From a bacterium (GTDB taxonomy: Bacteria; Ratteibacteria; UBA8468), in NCBI GenBank assembly GCA_030672255.1, contig DAOVGU010000137.1:1-48119 (forward strand): 48,119 bases of DNA. Direction: 5' to 3'. Within the stretch, counting starts at the first letter, position 1; each line of letters begins with the position of its first letter. Below the pieces are notes generated by a model. That model was not told the DNA's origin. It ran no database searches and worked only from the letters and a program-made list of their open reading frames with translations. The position numbers and the translations under genes are program-made. Below, in pieces: positions 33,056-42,116 of this stretch.

Positions 33056-34468
33056 CTAAAAATGTCGTTGCTTTCTACTTACCAGAGAGAATTTAATATT
33101 CTTTAATCCCCAGAAGCATGCTTTCAATAGAGCATTGGCATGTTTTAAGGGCTTCATCTTTGATTCACCATATTTTCTTTCTTTATAATGAACTGCGACT
33201 TCTCGTATCTTAAGTTTCAACTTTGCAGCTCCAAATATAAGGTCGTAATCACCCCAAGGGTCGTGTCCCGTTGAAATATATAGAAAGTTCTTTCTGAATA
33301 GAGCCTTGCTGCCACAAAGTGTGTCCGAAATTCTTTGGTCTATGATCCAGCTGACTACTAAACAGAAGAGTTTATTACCAAAATAATTAGCTAATTTCAT
33401 GGCTTTACCTTCCATTGGATAAACAAATCTGGTCCCATTGACAAAATCCGCATATCCCTCAGCGATAACCTCATAGAATTTTCTCAGTTCATCAGGCGTT
33501 ACGGCTAAATCAGCATCCAGAATGAAAAGGATATCCCCTTTTGCATTATGGAAGCCTGTTGTAATGGCATATAGTTTGCCTCGGTTAGGCTTGTAAGAAA
33601 TACATCTAATCTTAATGTCATCCCTCAGCGAGGAATCAACCTGATTAGCAGTACTATCCTGGGAACCATCATCTACGAAGATAAGTTCTGTATCCTTGCC
33701 CATTTTGGGAATCTTTTGAATGATCGTCTTAATATTTCCAGCTTCATTATAGCAGGGGACGATGACAGAGCAACTATATTCCCGGGGCAAACGCCTCTTC
33801 TTGGCAATAACATATTGGATGCTACCGAGTTGTCTCAACAAGGGTAATTCCCTTATCAGAAAATTTAGGAATGGCGAAATAAAAGGAATATAGATGGGAA
33901 CAGCACCGGTTAGCCCTTCTGTGATAACCTCAAATCCGACAACCTCTAAAAAATTTACCACATCTTTGTTAGTTAAGAAATTCTTTTCAATATCAGGAGT
34001 TTTAATATGCAATTTATTTCCAATCCGCAGTATCAGTCTCCAAACTGGATTAACCGAGGTTACAATTATTTTGCCATCTTCATTTAATGAATCATATGCT
34101 TTGGATAAAAGAGAATCTATGTCGGAAACATATTCAAGAGTATTGGAAATGACTGCGTAGTCATATTTTTCCTGAGGGGTGAAGGAAACAAAATCAGAAC
34201 AGACAAATTTAACATTATTGCCTAAGCGTCTTTTGGCAACCGAAATCATATTAGGACTAAAGTCAATTGCGCAAGCCCTTGATGGGTTTAACTTGGCAAG
34301 CAATTTTCCTGTACCGCCGCCAAAATCGATAATTGCCGACTTAGCGGGTATAGATGACAGATAGACATTCTCAATGAGACAATGATAGTAAAAATTTCTT
34401 TTCTGATACCTGTCATAATTTTCAGCAATACGGTCAAAGAAAATTTTTATATCCTCATTCCGCCGCAT
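33056..34468 (-). CDS. fusion protein: SAM methyltransferase + hydrophobic linker + family 2 glycosyltransferase
   Basis: 470 aa. The methyltransferase part has IIDFGGGTGKL and YDYAVISNTLEYV. The GT2 part has SVIVPCYNEAGNI, VDDGSQDST, LDADL. Confidence 0.8.
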   Translation of the reverse strand: MRRNEDIKIFFDRIAENYDRYQKRNFYYHCLIENVYLSSIPAKSAIIDFGGGTGKLLAKLNPSRACAIDFSPNMISVAKRRLGNNVKFVCSDFVSFTPQEKYDYAVISNTLEYVSDIDSLLSKAYDSLNEDGKIIVTSVNPVWRLILRIGNKLHIKTPDIEKNFLTNKDVVNFLEVVGFEVITEGLTGAVPIYIPFISPFLNFLIRELPLLRQLGSIQYVIAKKRRLPREYSCSVIVPCYNEAGNIKTIIQKIPKMGKDTELIFVDDGSQDSTANQVDSSLRDDIKIRCISYKPNRGKLYAITTGFHNAKGDILFILDADLAVTPDELRKFYEVIAEGYADFVNGTRFVYPMEGKAMKLANYFGNKLFCLVVSWIIDQRISDTLCGSKALFRKNFLYISTGHDPWGDYDLIFGAAKLKLKIREVAVHYKERKYGESKMKPLKHANALLKACFWGLKNIKFSLVSRKQRHF

Positions 34469-36167
34469 TTTCTCTCTTTAACTTTAAGATAATAAATGTT
34501 GGGGTAATAAATTCAAAAGAACCGCAAAGTTGAAATCTTTTTTGTGGAAAAATTCCCAATAAAGGAGGAATAATTTCAAATCTTTTTATTATTCTAAAAT
34601 CTTTGGAGCTCAAAAGAGAAACGGTAGAATCGTTTACCAATGGCTTTCCAGTGAAAAAGGATAAAGGTTCAAAAAATCCCCAACTATCAGAAATCAGAAT
34701 ATAATAGTCGATACCTTCATCAAGCAATTCTTTTATATTCCCAGCCTTTATTACATACTTATTGGGATTGATAGAAGGCATACGATAAATCACCGGATAC
34801 CTATCCATACCAATTTTTGCTCCTTTGGGAATGTTTTCCTCTATCCAGTAAGAGGCTTCCATTCTGATATCACTATCTTTTGCAATTCGCTCAAAAGAAA
34901 ATGTATAACCAAATGCCACAGTAATAATAGTGAAAAGTAGGATTAATTTAGTAAATATAGATATTTTCCTTTTAAAAATAGATATATCAAAGAAATTCCC
35001 GGCTAAAATTGCTAAAAATGGATAGGCAGGAAGCCCATAAGTCTCGGAACCTAATTTCACTGAGAGCATGAGGAAAATAAAAGGAAGGATTCCAGAAAAG
35101 AGGAAGAATTCCTTAGAGGTATGAAGCCTCAGAGCAAAAAAGATAGAGGCAAATATAAGAAGGAAGAGAAAAGGAGAGATGGCGTAGAGGAACATCGTAA
35201 TCGGATAATAAACAAGAGAATCAAAAAGATGGCAGAAGGAGAATATGTCCACCGCTCCTGCGGTCCAAAAAAGGTCATGCCGGAGACGAGAAAAATGAAT
35301 AAGGGGGTAGGGAGAGGTCAAAAAGAAGGAAAAAATAGTGACAAATCCAGCTACTAAAAGAGGTCTAATTTTTTTTAATCCTCGCTGGCCAATGAAATGA
35401 GCAACAATTATGGGGAAAATAGCAAGAATACCCGGGTATTTGGAACCCATTGCCAGGCCCGCCGCAACCCCACTAAAGATGTAATATTTCAATCTTTTCG
35501 TCTCAATGATAGAGAGGGCAAAATAGAAGGAAAGAATAACCCAAAAGGCCAGAGGAATATCTGGCTTGATGTAATGGGATTGAATAACAAATAAAGGAGT
35601 AACTGCTAAAAACAAGGAGGAAAGAATGCCGACTCTCTCATTATAAATTCTTTTTCCAATAAGGTAGACAAAAAGAATTGTTAAAAGAGCAAAAAGGACA
35701 ACAATATATCTACCCGCCAAATAGATTTTAGCAAACTGTTCGGGATTTTTCAAATAAAAGAAAATATCCTGCTTCAAAGGGGAAAAATGGCAAAGCGAAT
35801 CAAGAAGAATTCCAAAACCTATCTGATAAGCAAAGAACGGGGGATAGATATAGTTTTTAGTATCAAAATCAAATCTTCTGGGATGAATATGGCTAAGATT
35901 TTTTAAGGTATATTCTTCATCAGGATGGTAACTACGTAGAATATCAAAATAGGCAGTAAGTTCGGCAATCTCCTTTTTTTCAGCAGGAGCGATGAATTCT
36001 GACCTCTGCCACTTCCCCTCAGCCAAAACCTTTTTAATCCTCTCTTCAGGCATTTTTCCAACTATTCTTGCCCTTTTCTTGCTGGGTAGACCAAAGCGAA
36101 TTCCATAAAGGTTAAGAAACAGAGAGAGAAACAAAATTAGAACAATAGGAATTTTTTTAATTAACAT
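34455..36167 (-). CDS. GT-C fold membrane glycosyltransferase (GT39/PMT_2-like)
   Basis: 570 aa, polytopic, with a first-loop SYHPDE motif and a C-terminal soluble domain. Confidence 0.7.
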   Translation of the reverse strand: MLIKKIPIVLILFLSLFLNLYGIRFGLPSKKRARIVGKMPEERIKKVLAEGKWQRSEFIAPAEKKEIAELTAYFDILRSYHPDEEYTLKNLSHIHPRRFDFDTKNYIYPPFFAYQIGFGILLDSLCHFSPLKQDIFFYLKNPEQFAKIYLAGRYIVVLFALLTILFVYLIGKRIYNERVGILSSLFLAVTPLFVIQSHYIKPDIPLAFWVILSFYFALSIIETKRLKYYIFSGVAAGLAMGSKYPGILAIFPIIVAHFIGQRGLKKIRPLLVAGFVTIFSFFLTSPYPLIHFSRLRHDLFWTAGAVDIFSFCHLFDSLVYYPITMFLYAISPFLFLLIFASIFFALRLHTSKEFFLFSGILPFIFLMLSVKLGSETYGLPAYPFLAILAGNFFDISIFKRKISIFTKLILLFTIITVAFGYTFSFERIAKDSDIRMEASYWIEENIPKGAKIGMDRYPVIYRMPSINPNKYVIKAGNIKELLDEGIDYYILISDSWGFFEPLSFFTGKPLVNDSTVSLLSSKDFRIIKRFEIIPPLLGIFPQKRFQLCGSFEFITPTFIILKLKRENAAE

Positions 36168-38194
36168 ATAAACCTATATTTAATTAGGGTCCAGACAGCA
36201 ATAAACCAATCCTTCAGCCTGATCTTCTTTCCCTCGGCTACCCCTCTTGGCCTATGGGAAATTGGCACTTCTTTAATCCTTATTCCTCTTTTAGCTACCT
36301 TAGCCGTAACCTCAGGACAGAATTCAAATCCTTTGCATTTTAAATTTAGGCTTTTTAAGAGATTGGCCTCGAAAACCTTATAGCAGGTTGGCTCATCGGT
36401 AATATGGGTCCGATAGAGCAAATTAGCCAAAATGCTCAAGCTTCTGCCACCGAGATAGAAATACCAGCCCGCCAAGGACTTCGGTTTTGAACTCTGACCC
36501 AGGACCCTGGAACCATAAACAACCTTTGTCTCTTCCTTTATTATTGGCTCTACCAACATATAATACTCATCGGGGTTATATTCCAAATCGGCATCCTGGA
36601 TGATGACAATATCCCCAGTCACCTCTTTTAATCCAGTGCGAATTGCAGTTCCCTTTCCATATTTTTTTGGCCGGCTGATAAGCTTAATCTCATTATTGCC
36701 GTCTTTCTGCTTAATAATTTCCTTTAAGACCTCTTTGGTCTTATCGGTAGAACCATCCTCGACAATGATAATCTCCTTCTTTAAATTGACCGCCCTTACT
36801 CTATGGATAATTTCGGCAATCGTTTTTTCCTCATTATAGACCGGCATAATCACAGAGAGTTTCATCTCTTTAACCACAGATGTCATTGCGAGGAGCCTTA
36901 GCGACGTGGCAATCCCTCGCTTCTTTGAGATTGCCACGGCACTTCGTGCCTCGCAACGACTCCGTCGTTTTGAATTTTTAATTGTTCTACACAGCCCTCC
37001 CCCCGCAAGAGCATAAACAAGAGGCATTATGGGAATTCTATACCTGGGAATAGCAAAAAGAAGGCTATGAATAAAAGTAAAATAAAAAATCATTAAGAGA
37101 GGGATAAATAGTTCTTTTCTCTTTTCCTTTAGACAAAGGTATAACCCTGAAAGAAAGAAAAAGAGAAGAATATAGTGGAAGGTAAAGATAAAAGCCTTCT
37201 GTAAATTTTTCCCCTCTAAAACCCTCTTTCCTCCGGGAATCTGAAGCCAAAACCTACCAAATTTCTTTAGACATAACAAAGAATAACCACCGGGATTATT
37301 TTTGATATTCTTTACCCCCTCGGAAAAAAACTTTTTATCTGCATCAATCTGAGAAAGTCCTCTTACCAAATTTTCCTTATCAGAGAGGTTCTTATAATTG
37401 TAGTCTCCATTCCAGGGAAGGTAACTTCCAACCCAGAGGTTAAAACCCCCGCCAGTTCCTACTGGAATAAATTCTTTAAAGACAATGTAATTCCTTACTG
37501 TCCAGGGAAGAATTGTTCCGGCCATTGTCAGAGAAAAAATTACCACAAAAATAAGTTTCTTAAATCTTTTTCTGGGGTACAAAACACCCCCTCCCTTCTC
37601 TTCCCCTCCCTCGAGGGGAGGGGCAAGGGGAGGGTGAAAAAACAATAAGCCAAGTAACAAGAAAAGGGGGAATAGTAAAGTAACTGGCCGGCAAAGGGTT
37701 GAGAATCCCAAAAAAATGCCGGATGCTACCCAATCCCCCCTTTTTTTGCTTTCCAAAGCCTTCATCAGCAATATCACCGCTATTGTCAATAAGAATGTGG
37801 TAAGGGTCTCGGTGAGAATATAGGAGTTTGAGGCAACGAGTGAAGGACAGATAACCGCAGCACCTGCCCCCAAGATAGCAGTTTTTTTATTCTTGAAAAT
37901 TCTCTCTCCAATGAGATAAACAAATAGGCAAATGATTGCCCCTAAAATGCTCTGAATAATCCTTACCGCTAAAAAATTATGTCCAAAAATAAGATAAACA
38001 ATCGCTAAAAAAGATGGATATAAAGGTGCCCGATGTAAATTGATAGAAAATCCTAAACCATTGGCAATATGAAGTGCCATTTTATTATAATCAATGCTAT
38101 CCGGGGCAGAAAGAGGGAAAAGAACAATAAAGATAAAGCGGATAAAAAAAGCAGAGAGAAAAATGAATATCAAGGTTTTCCTTTTATTCACCAC
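36161..38194 (-). CDS. continuous ORF joining a GT-C (ArnT-like) membrane glycosyltransferase to a Dpm1/ArnC-like GT2 domain through an R1 repeat
   Basis: 677 aa. Residues 1-~410 are polytopic. The linker CEARSAVAISKKRGIATSLRLLAMTSVV is the translated repeat. It is followed by MKLSVIMPVYNEEKT..VEDGSTDKT..QDADLEY. Confidence 0.75.
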   Translation of the reverse strand: MVNKRKTLIFIFLSAFFIRFIFIVLFPLSAPDSIDYNKMALHIANGLGFSINLHRAPLYPSFLAIVYLIFGHNFLAVRIIQSILGAIICLFVYLIGERIFKNKKTAILGAGAAVICPSLVASNSYILTETLTTFLLTIAVILLMKALESKKRGDWVASGIFLGFSTLCRPVTLLFPLFLLLGLLFFHPPLAPPLEGGEEKGGGVLYPRKRFKKLIFVVIFSLTMAGTILPWTVRNYIVFKEFIPVGTGGGFNLWVGSYLPWNGDYNYKNLSDKENLVRGLSQIDADKKFFSEGVKNIKNNPGGYSLLCLKKFGRFWLQIPGGKRVLEGKNLQKAFIFTFHYILLFFFLSGLYLCLKEKRKELFIPLLMIFYFTFIHSLLFAIPRYRIPIMPLVYALAGGGLCRTIKNSKRRSRCEARSAVAISKKRGIATSLRLLAMTSVVKEMKLSVIMPVYNEEKTIAEIIHRVRAVNLKKEIIIVEDGSTDKTKEVLKEIIKQKDGNNEIKLISRPKKYGKGTAIRTGLKEVTGDIVIIQDADLEYNPDEYYMLVEPIIKEETKVVYGSRVLGQSSKPKSLAGWYFYLGGRSLSILANLLYRTHITDEPTCYKVFEANLLKSLNLKCKGFEFCPEVTAKVAKRGIRIKEVPISHRPRGVAEGKKIRLKDWFIAVWTLIKYRFIC
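36882..36972. repeat. family R1 element translated as an interdomain linker
   Basis: GTCATTGCGAGGAGCC...GGCAATCCCTCGC...CTCGCAACGACTCCGTCG. There is no stop codon in the host frame. Confidence 0.85.
37585..37636. repeat. R3 nested palindrome in frame in the GT-C domain
   Basis: Read as (F)HPPLAPPLEGGEEKGGGV. The inner hairpin is CCCCTCCC-TCGA-GGGGAGGGG. Confidence 0.85.
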
Positions 38195-39302
38195 CTACCT
38201 CCTCATAGAGATTTAATGTCTCTTTAGCACATCTTTCCCAGGAGAAGAGTTTTGCCCGCTTTATTCCCTTTTCTCTCATCTCCTCGGCTAATTCCTTATT
38301 ACTTAAAACCTTCTCCATTAGCTTTGCCATCTCTTCTGTATCATCGGGATTAACTGAGAGGGCAGCATCTCCTGCTACCTCAGGAAGGGAGGAGATGTTG
38401 GAAGTAATTGCCGGGGTGCCAGAGGCCATCGCTTCCAGAACCGGAAGACCAAACCCCTCGTAAAGGCTGGGGTAGATAAAAAGGGAGGCGCAATTATAGT
38501 AAAGGGGTAATAGTTCCTCGGGTAGATAACCGGTGAAGAAAACCTCTTCCTCCAGCCCCAACCTCTTCACCACCTTATAGATATTCTGGTACTCTTCTCC
38601 CTTTTCTCCCACAATCATTAATCTTTCCTTCCTTCCCTTTTCCCTCATATTTTTGTAGGCCTTGATAAGATTAAGGATATTCTTCCTTTTCTTTAATGTT
38701 CCCACGTAGAGAATGAAGGAATCCAAAATCCGATACTTTCTCCTGAAATCCTGTAAATCTTTTTTCTCAATGGGATGATAGGAGGAATCAATACCTAAGT
38801 TAATTACCGCAATCTTTTCTGAGGGAATATTTAATAATTTCATGGTATCTTTCTTTGTCGCAGAGGAGACGGCAATGATTTTTTCTACTCTCTTTGCTGC
38901 TGCCGGTATCATCCTTTCATAAAAGAGCCTCTTTAAGAGATTATGTTTTTTTGGAAAAAGCAAAAAGAGCATATCATGAAATGTAACGAGAGATTTCCAG
39001 CCAAACCTTACCAAAGGGGTGGTATAGCGTGGAGAATGAAGAAGGTTAATTTTATATCTTTTAAGCAAAAAGGGGAAGGTAATCTGTTCCCAGAGAAGCC
39101 TCAAAGCTCTTGGCATGCTCTTGATGCCGATAAGCCGAAAATTGGCGCCTAACTCGAATCTCCTTACATTCCTCTTCTCTACAAAGATAAAATATTCATT
39201 TTTCCTATCTATAAGGGAGAGGTTGTTGATCAGATTCAGCAAATAAAAACCGGCTCCTCCTAACTTCTCCGGCAGCAGTGTCGCATCAATTCCAATTCTC
39301 AT
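38184..39302 (-). CDS. family 4 (GT-B, group 1) glycosyltransferase
   Basis: 372 aa. The C-terminal motif is [18 protein letters not shown]. Confidence 0.85.
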   Translation of the reverse strand: MRIGIDATLLPEKLGGAGFYLLNLINNLSLIDRKNEYFIFVEKRNVRRFELGANFRLIGIKSMPRALRLLWEQITFPFLLKRYKINLLHSPRYTTPLVRFGWKSLVTFHDMLFLLFPKKHNLLKRLFYERMIPAAAKRVEKIIAVSSATKKDTMKLLNIPSEKIAVINLGIDSSYHPIEKKDLQDFRRKYRILDSFILYVGTLKKRKNILNLIKAYKNMREKGRKERLMIVGEKGEEYQNIYKVVKRLGLEEEVFFTGYLPEELLPLYYNCASLFIYPSLYEGFGLPVLEAMASGTPAITSNISSLPEVAGDAALSVNPDDTEEMAKLMEKVLSNKELAEEMREKGIKRAKLFSWERCAKETLNLYEEVGGE

Positions 39303-40936
39303 TTATCTGAAGAAAGAATTTGCTTTGCTCCTTCTGCCTCGGGGTCATACATTAGCGCTATTCCGGCCTCTTTTTGCGCAAGATCAAATTCACCTAAATT
39401 AAGGTAGGTGGTTGCCAGAAGCTCGTGTCCCAAAGGATTGAAAGGCAAAAGGGAGACCAAACTTTTTGCCCTTTTTAAGGCTAAGGGGAAATTGCCTTCA
39501 GCAATATCATTGTTCGCATTCTTATAGGTAAGAAAGGAAAAACTTTCCAGATGGACAGAGCCGATTTTCTCCCCTTTCCAGTTATTGACAAAGGAGAAAA
39601 GTAAGAAAAGAACAGAAAGGGCCACTACGACAGGAATGTATTTTCTTCCCTTGACCTTAAAAAAGAGCCAATCAATAAAGAAAGCGGCAAATAGTATTAA
39701 ACACCCTACGGCGGGAAGTCGATAGCGACTGGTAACAAAGAAACCGATGACCCAGATGATATTGCACAAGGTAAAGAAAAATAAAAGAAGAAATTTCCTC
39801 TTACTTAGAGCAAGAAATAGACCAAGGATACCTAAAGGAACGATAAGACCAAAGCCAAACAATGGGAGTTTAAGGGTTTTAGTAATTTTCTGCAAGAGAT
39901 AAATATTTAAGTTCTGGGGCCATTCATATGAGTTGAAAAAGAGCAGAAATTTGTTTCCTTGCAGCCTCCAGAAAACTTTGGAAAAGAGCGGGGCTAAGGG
40001 TTTTTCCGGGGCAATGTAAAGACCGATAGAATCAAGACTATTGCCAATTTTATAGTTGGCCGGTCCATTGGAGCAGATGGGTACAAACTGACCGGATACC
40101 CGCCAATTCCTGATTGTCGCGGGAGAGATAATTATCGCCATCAAAAGAATTACAATCACCCAGGCTAAAAAGGGATGAATACCCCCTCCTTTTTTTCCTC
40201 CCACAAGGGGAGGAAGTAAAAAAGATTTTTTCTCTTCCCCTCTCGCGAGGGGAGAAGAAGAAATTGTTGCTGTTTTCCCCTCCCTTGATGGGAGGGGTTG
40301 GGGAGGGAGAGGGTGGGGGGAAGTTTTCTTGGGATAGAAATATAGTCCAATAAGCAAAAAGGGAAGGAACAATAAAATTGTCGGTTTAACTAAAGCGGAC
40401 AGCCCCATCACCAATCCTACCAGGACCCATCTTTTATAACTTCTTTCCCTTAGCGCCCAATAGATGACAAAGATGAAAAGGATATTTAAAAAGAGAATTA
40501 GAGTATCACTTAAGAGTGTTGTGGAATAAAAAATAAATGGCCGATAAAATCCAGCAAAGAGACAGGCAAGAAGCCCCACTCTTTCATTAAACAACCATTT
40601 GCCTAAAAGAAATAAGAGGAGACAAAGGAGGGTATCCAAGAGAATCTGAATGAAACCAACAGCAAAGTAACTATGGCCAAAACCTTTATAAATTGCCGCA
40701 ACAAAGTATGGGTAGCCTGGAGCCATATAAAAGACCTTACCATCTCCCGCCCAGGGATTTTTTACAAGCTTTCCTGCCCAATTATCAAATGTCCTCTGGT
40801 CATATTTGGTCATCAGACCTGCATTAAAGAAAACACTCTCGCGAAACTCAAGAAGATAAGAAAGCCTCAAAAAAAAGGCAAAAATAAGGATGAGACCTAA
40901 ATAAAGGTAAGGAGATTTGGGGTCAGGTCTCAACAT
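39299..40936 (-). CDS. GT-C fold membrane glycosyltransferase with C-terminal TPR repeats
   Basis: The ATG at 40934-40936 (MLRPDP) lies inside the R5 TIR. The N-terminus is polytopic and ArnT-like. The tail is TPR-like (ATTYLNLGEFDLAQKEAGIALMYDP). Confidence 0.75.
   Translation of the reverse strand: MLRPDPKSPYLYLGLILIFAFFLRLSYLLEFRESVFFNAGLMTKYDQRTFDNWAGKLVKNPWAGDGKVFYMAPGYPYFVAAIYKGFGHSYFAVGFIQILLDTLLCLLLFLLGKWLFNERVGLLACLFAGFYRPFIFYSTTLLSDTLILFLNILFIFVIYWALRERSYKRWVLVGLVMGLSALVKPTILLFLPFLLIGLYFYPKKTSPHPLPPQPLPSREGKTATISSSPLARGEEKKSFLLPPLVGGKKGGGIHPFLAWVIVILLMAIIISPATIRNWRVSGQFVPICSNGPANYKIGNSLDSIGLYIAPEKPLAPLFSKVFWRLQGNKFLLFFNSYEWPQNLNIYLLQKITKTLKLPLFGFGLIVPLGILGLFLALSKRKFLLLFFFTLCNIIWVIGFFVTSRYRLPAVGCLILFAAFFIDWLFFKVKGRKYIPVVVALSVLFLLFSFVNNWKGEKIGSVHLESFSFLTYKNANNDIAEGNFPLALKRAKSLVSLLPFNPLGHELLATTYLNLGEFDLAQKEAGIALMYDPEAEGAKQILSSDK
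40182..40320. repeat. three tandem R3-type hairpins in frame in the GT-C/TPR gene
   Basis: Read as SPHPLPPQPLPSREGKTATISSSPLARGEEKKSFLLPPLVGGKKGGG. Hairpin loops are ATCA, GCGA and TTGT. Confidence 0.85.
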
Positions 40937-41004
40937 TTGACAAAAATACAAAAACTTTTAATTTACCATTATCAAACTTTGTCAAATGTTGAGACCTGAC
41001 CCCT
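40919..41004. mobile_element. second copy of the R5 TIR element
   Basis: It has the same 24-bp TIRs as 13844-13976 and a different, shorter core. It contains the stop of the upstream SDR gene and the ATG of the downstream GT-C gene. Confidence 0.75.
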
Positions 41005-41950
41005 TTATTATTTTCAGGAGTGCCTCCTGGAGATTGACCCTGGGGGAGAAATTTATCTGGCTTTGAATCTTGCCGATATCGGGAACTCTTCTTTCCATAT
41101 CCACAAATCCTTCTCTATAGGCTTTTTGGTAAGGGATATGAATAATTTTAGACTCGCTTTTGGTTAATCTCTTGATAAGTTTTGCCAGTTCATTGATTGT
41201 GATAGTACCCTGGGGATTCCCGATATTGAAGACCTCCCCATATGCAGAGGGTTCTTTTGCTAAGGATACCATTGCCTCCACCACATCAGCCACATAGGTA
41301 AAGGAACGGAGCTGCTTTCCGTCTCCAAAGACGGTAATCGGTTCTCCATTAAGCGCCTGTTCAATGAATTTTGGGACAACCATACCATACTTCCCGGTCT
41401 GTCGGGGACCGATAGTATTAAAAAGCCTGACCACAATTACGGGTAATCCTTTCTCCTGGAAGTAGGCAAAGGAGATAAATTCATCAAGCAGTTTGGTACA
41501 ACCATAACTCCACCTTCTCACCTTTGGGGAACCAAGAAGAGAATCACTACTTTCCGAAAAGGGAATTTTTTCATTCTTTCCGTAGACCTCAGAGGAGGAG
41601 GTAAGCAGAACCTTTTTCTTAAAACAGCTGGCAAGTTCCAGGACATTTTGCGTTCCCTCTATATTGGTTCTGATACTCTTAATGGGCTCTTCAATTACCA
41701 TTCTTACCCCAACAGCGGCGGCGAGATGAAAGATAAAATCATTTCTTTTGATAACTTTTTCCAGTATAGCCCGGTTTAAGACTGAATCAATGGTACAGGA
41801 AAAATTTGGATGGTCCTTGATCCTGGCAATATTTTGTAAGTCCCCTGAGGAAAGGTCATCAAGAACCTCAACTCTTTCCCCTCTCTCAAGCAAATACTCT
41901 GAGAGGTGGGAGCCAATAAATCCGCACCCTCCGGTAATTAAAGTTTTCAT
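40982..41950 (-). CDS. UDP-glucuronate decarboxylase-type SDR (ArnA C-domain / UXS / UAXS-like)
   Basis: 322 aa. It has TGGCGFIGSH and RRWSYGCTKLLDE (the RW-x-Y-xxx-K signature of the ArnA/UAXS group). The C-terminal GSGLNI* is encoded by the R5 TIR. Confidence 0.7.
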   Translation of the reverse strand: MKTLITGGCGFIGSHLSEYLLERGERVEVLDDLSSGDLQNIARIKDHPNFSCTIDSVLNRAILEKVIKRNDFIFHLAAAVGVRMVIEEPIKSIRTNIEGTQNVLELASCFKKKVLLTSSSEVYGKNEKIPFSESSDSLLGSPKVRRWSYGCTKLLDEFISFAYFQEKGLPVIVVRLFNTIGPRQTGKYGMVVPKFIEQALNGEPITVFGDGKQLRSFTYVADVVEAMVSLAKEPSAYGEVFNIGNPQGTITINELAKLIKRLTKSESKIIHIPYQKAYREGFVDMERRVPDIGKIQSQINFSPRVNLQEALLKIIKGSGLNI

Positions 41951-41964
41951 TTGACAGCGTAGCT

Positions 41965-42102
41965 GTCATTGCGAGCCCAAAGGGCGTGGCAATCCTTCCT
42001 GCTGTCATTCCCGTGTAAACGGGAACCTATTATTAGATTCCTGCTTCCGCAGGAATGACAAACTCCAACGGAGTTGACTGAAGTATTTACCCTCGCAATG
42101 AC
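41965..42102. repeat. R1 element with a nested GTCATTCC...GGAATGAC unit (42004-42059)
   Basis: GTCATTGCGAGCCC...GGCAATCC / GTCATTCCCGTGTAAACGGGAAC...ATTCCTGCTTCCGCAGGAATGAC / ...CTCGCAATGAC. Confidence 0.8.
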
Positions 42103-42116
42103 ATCTTTAATGAGTT

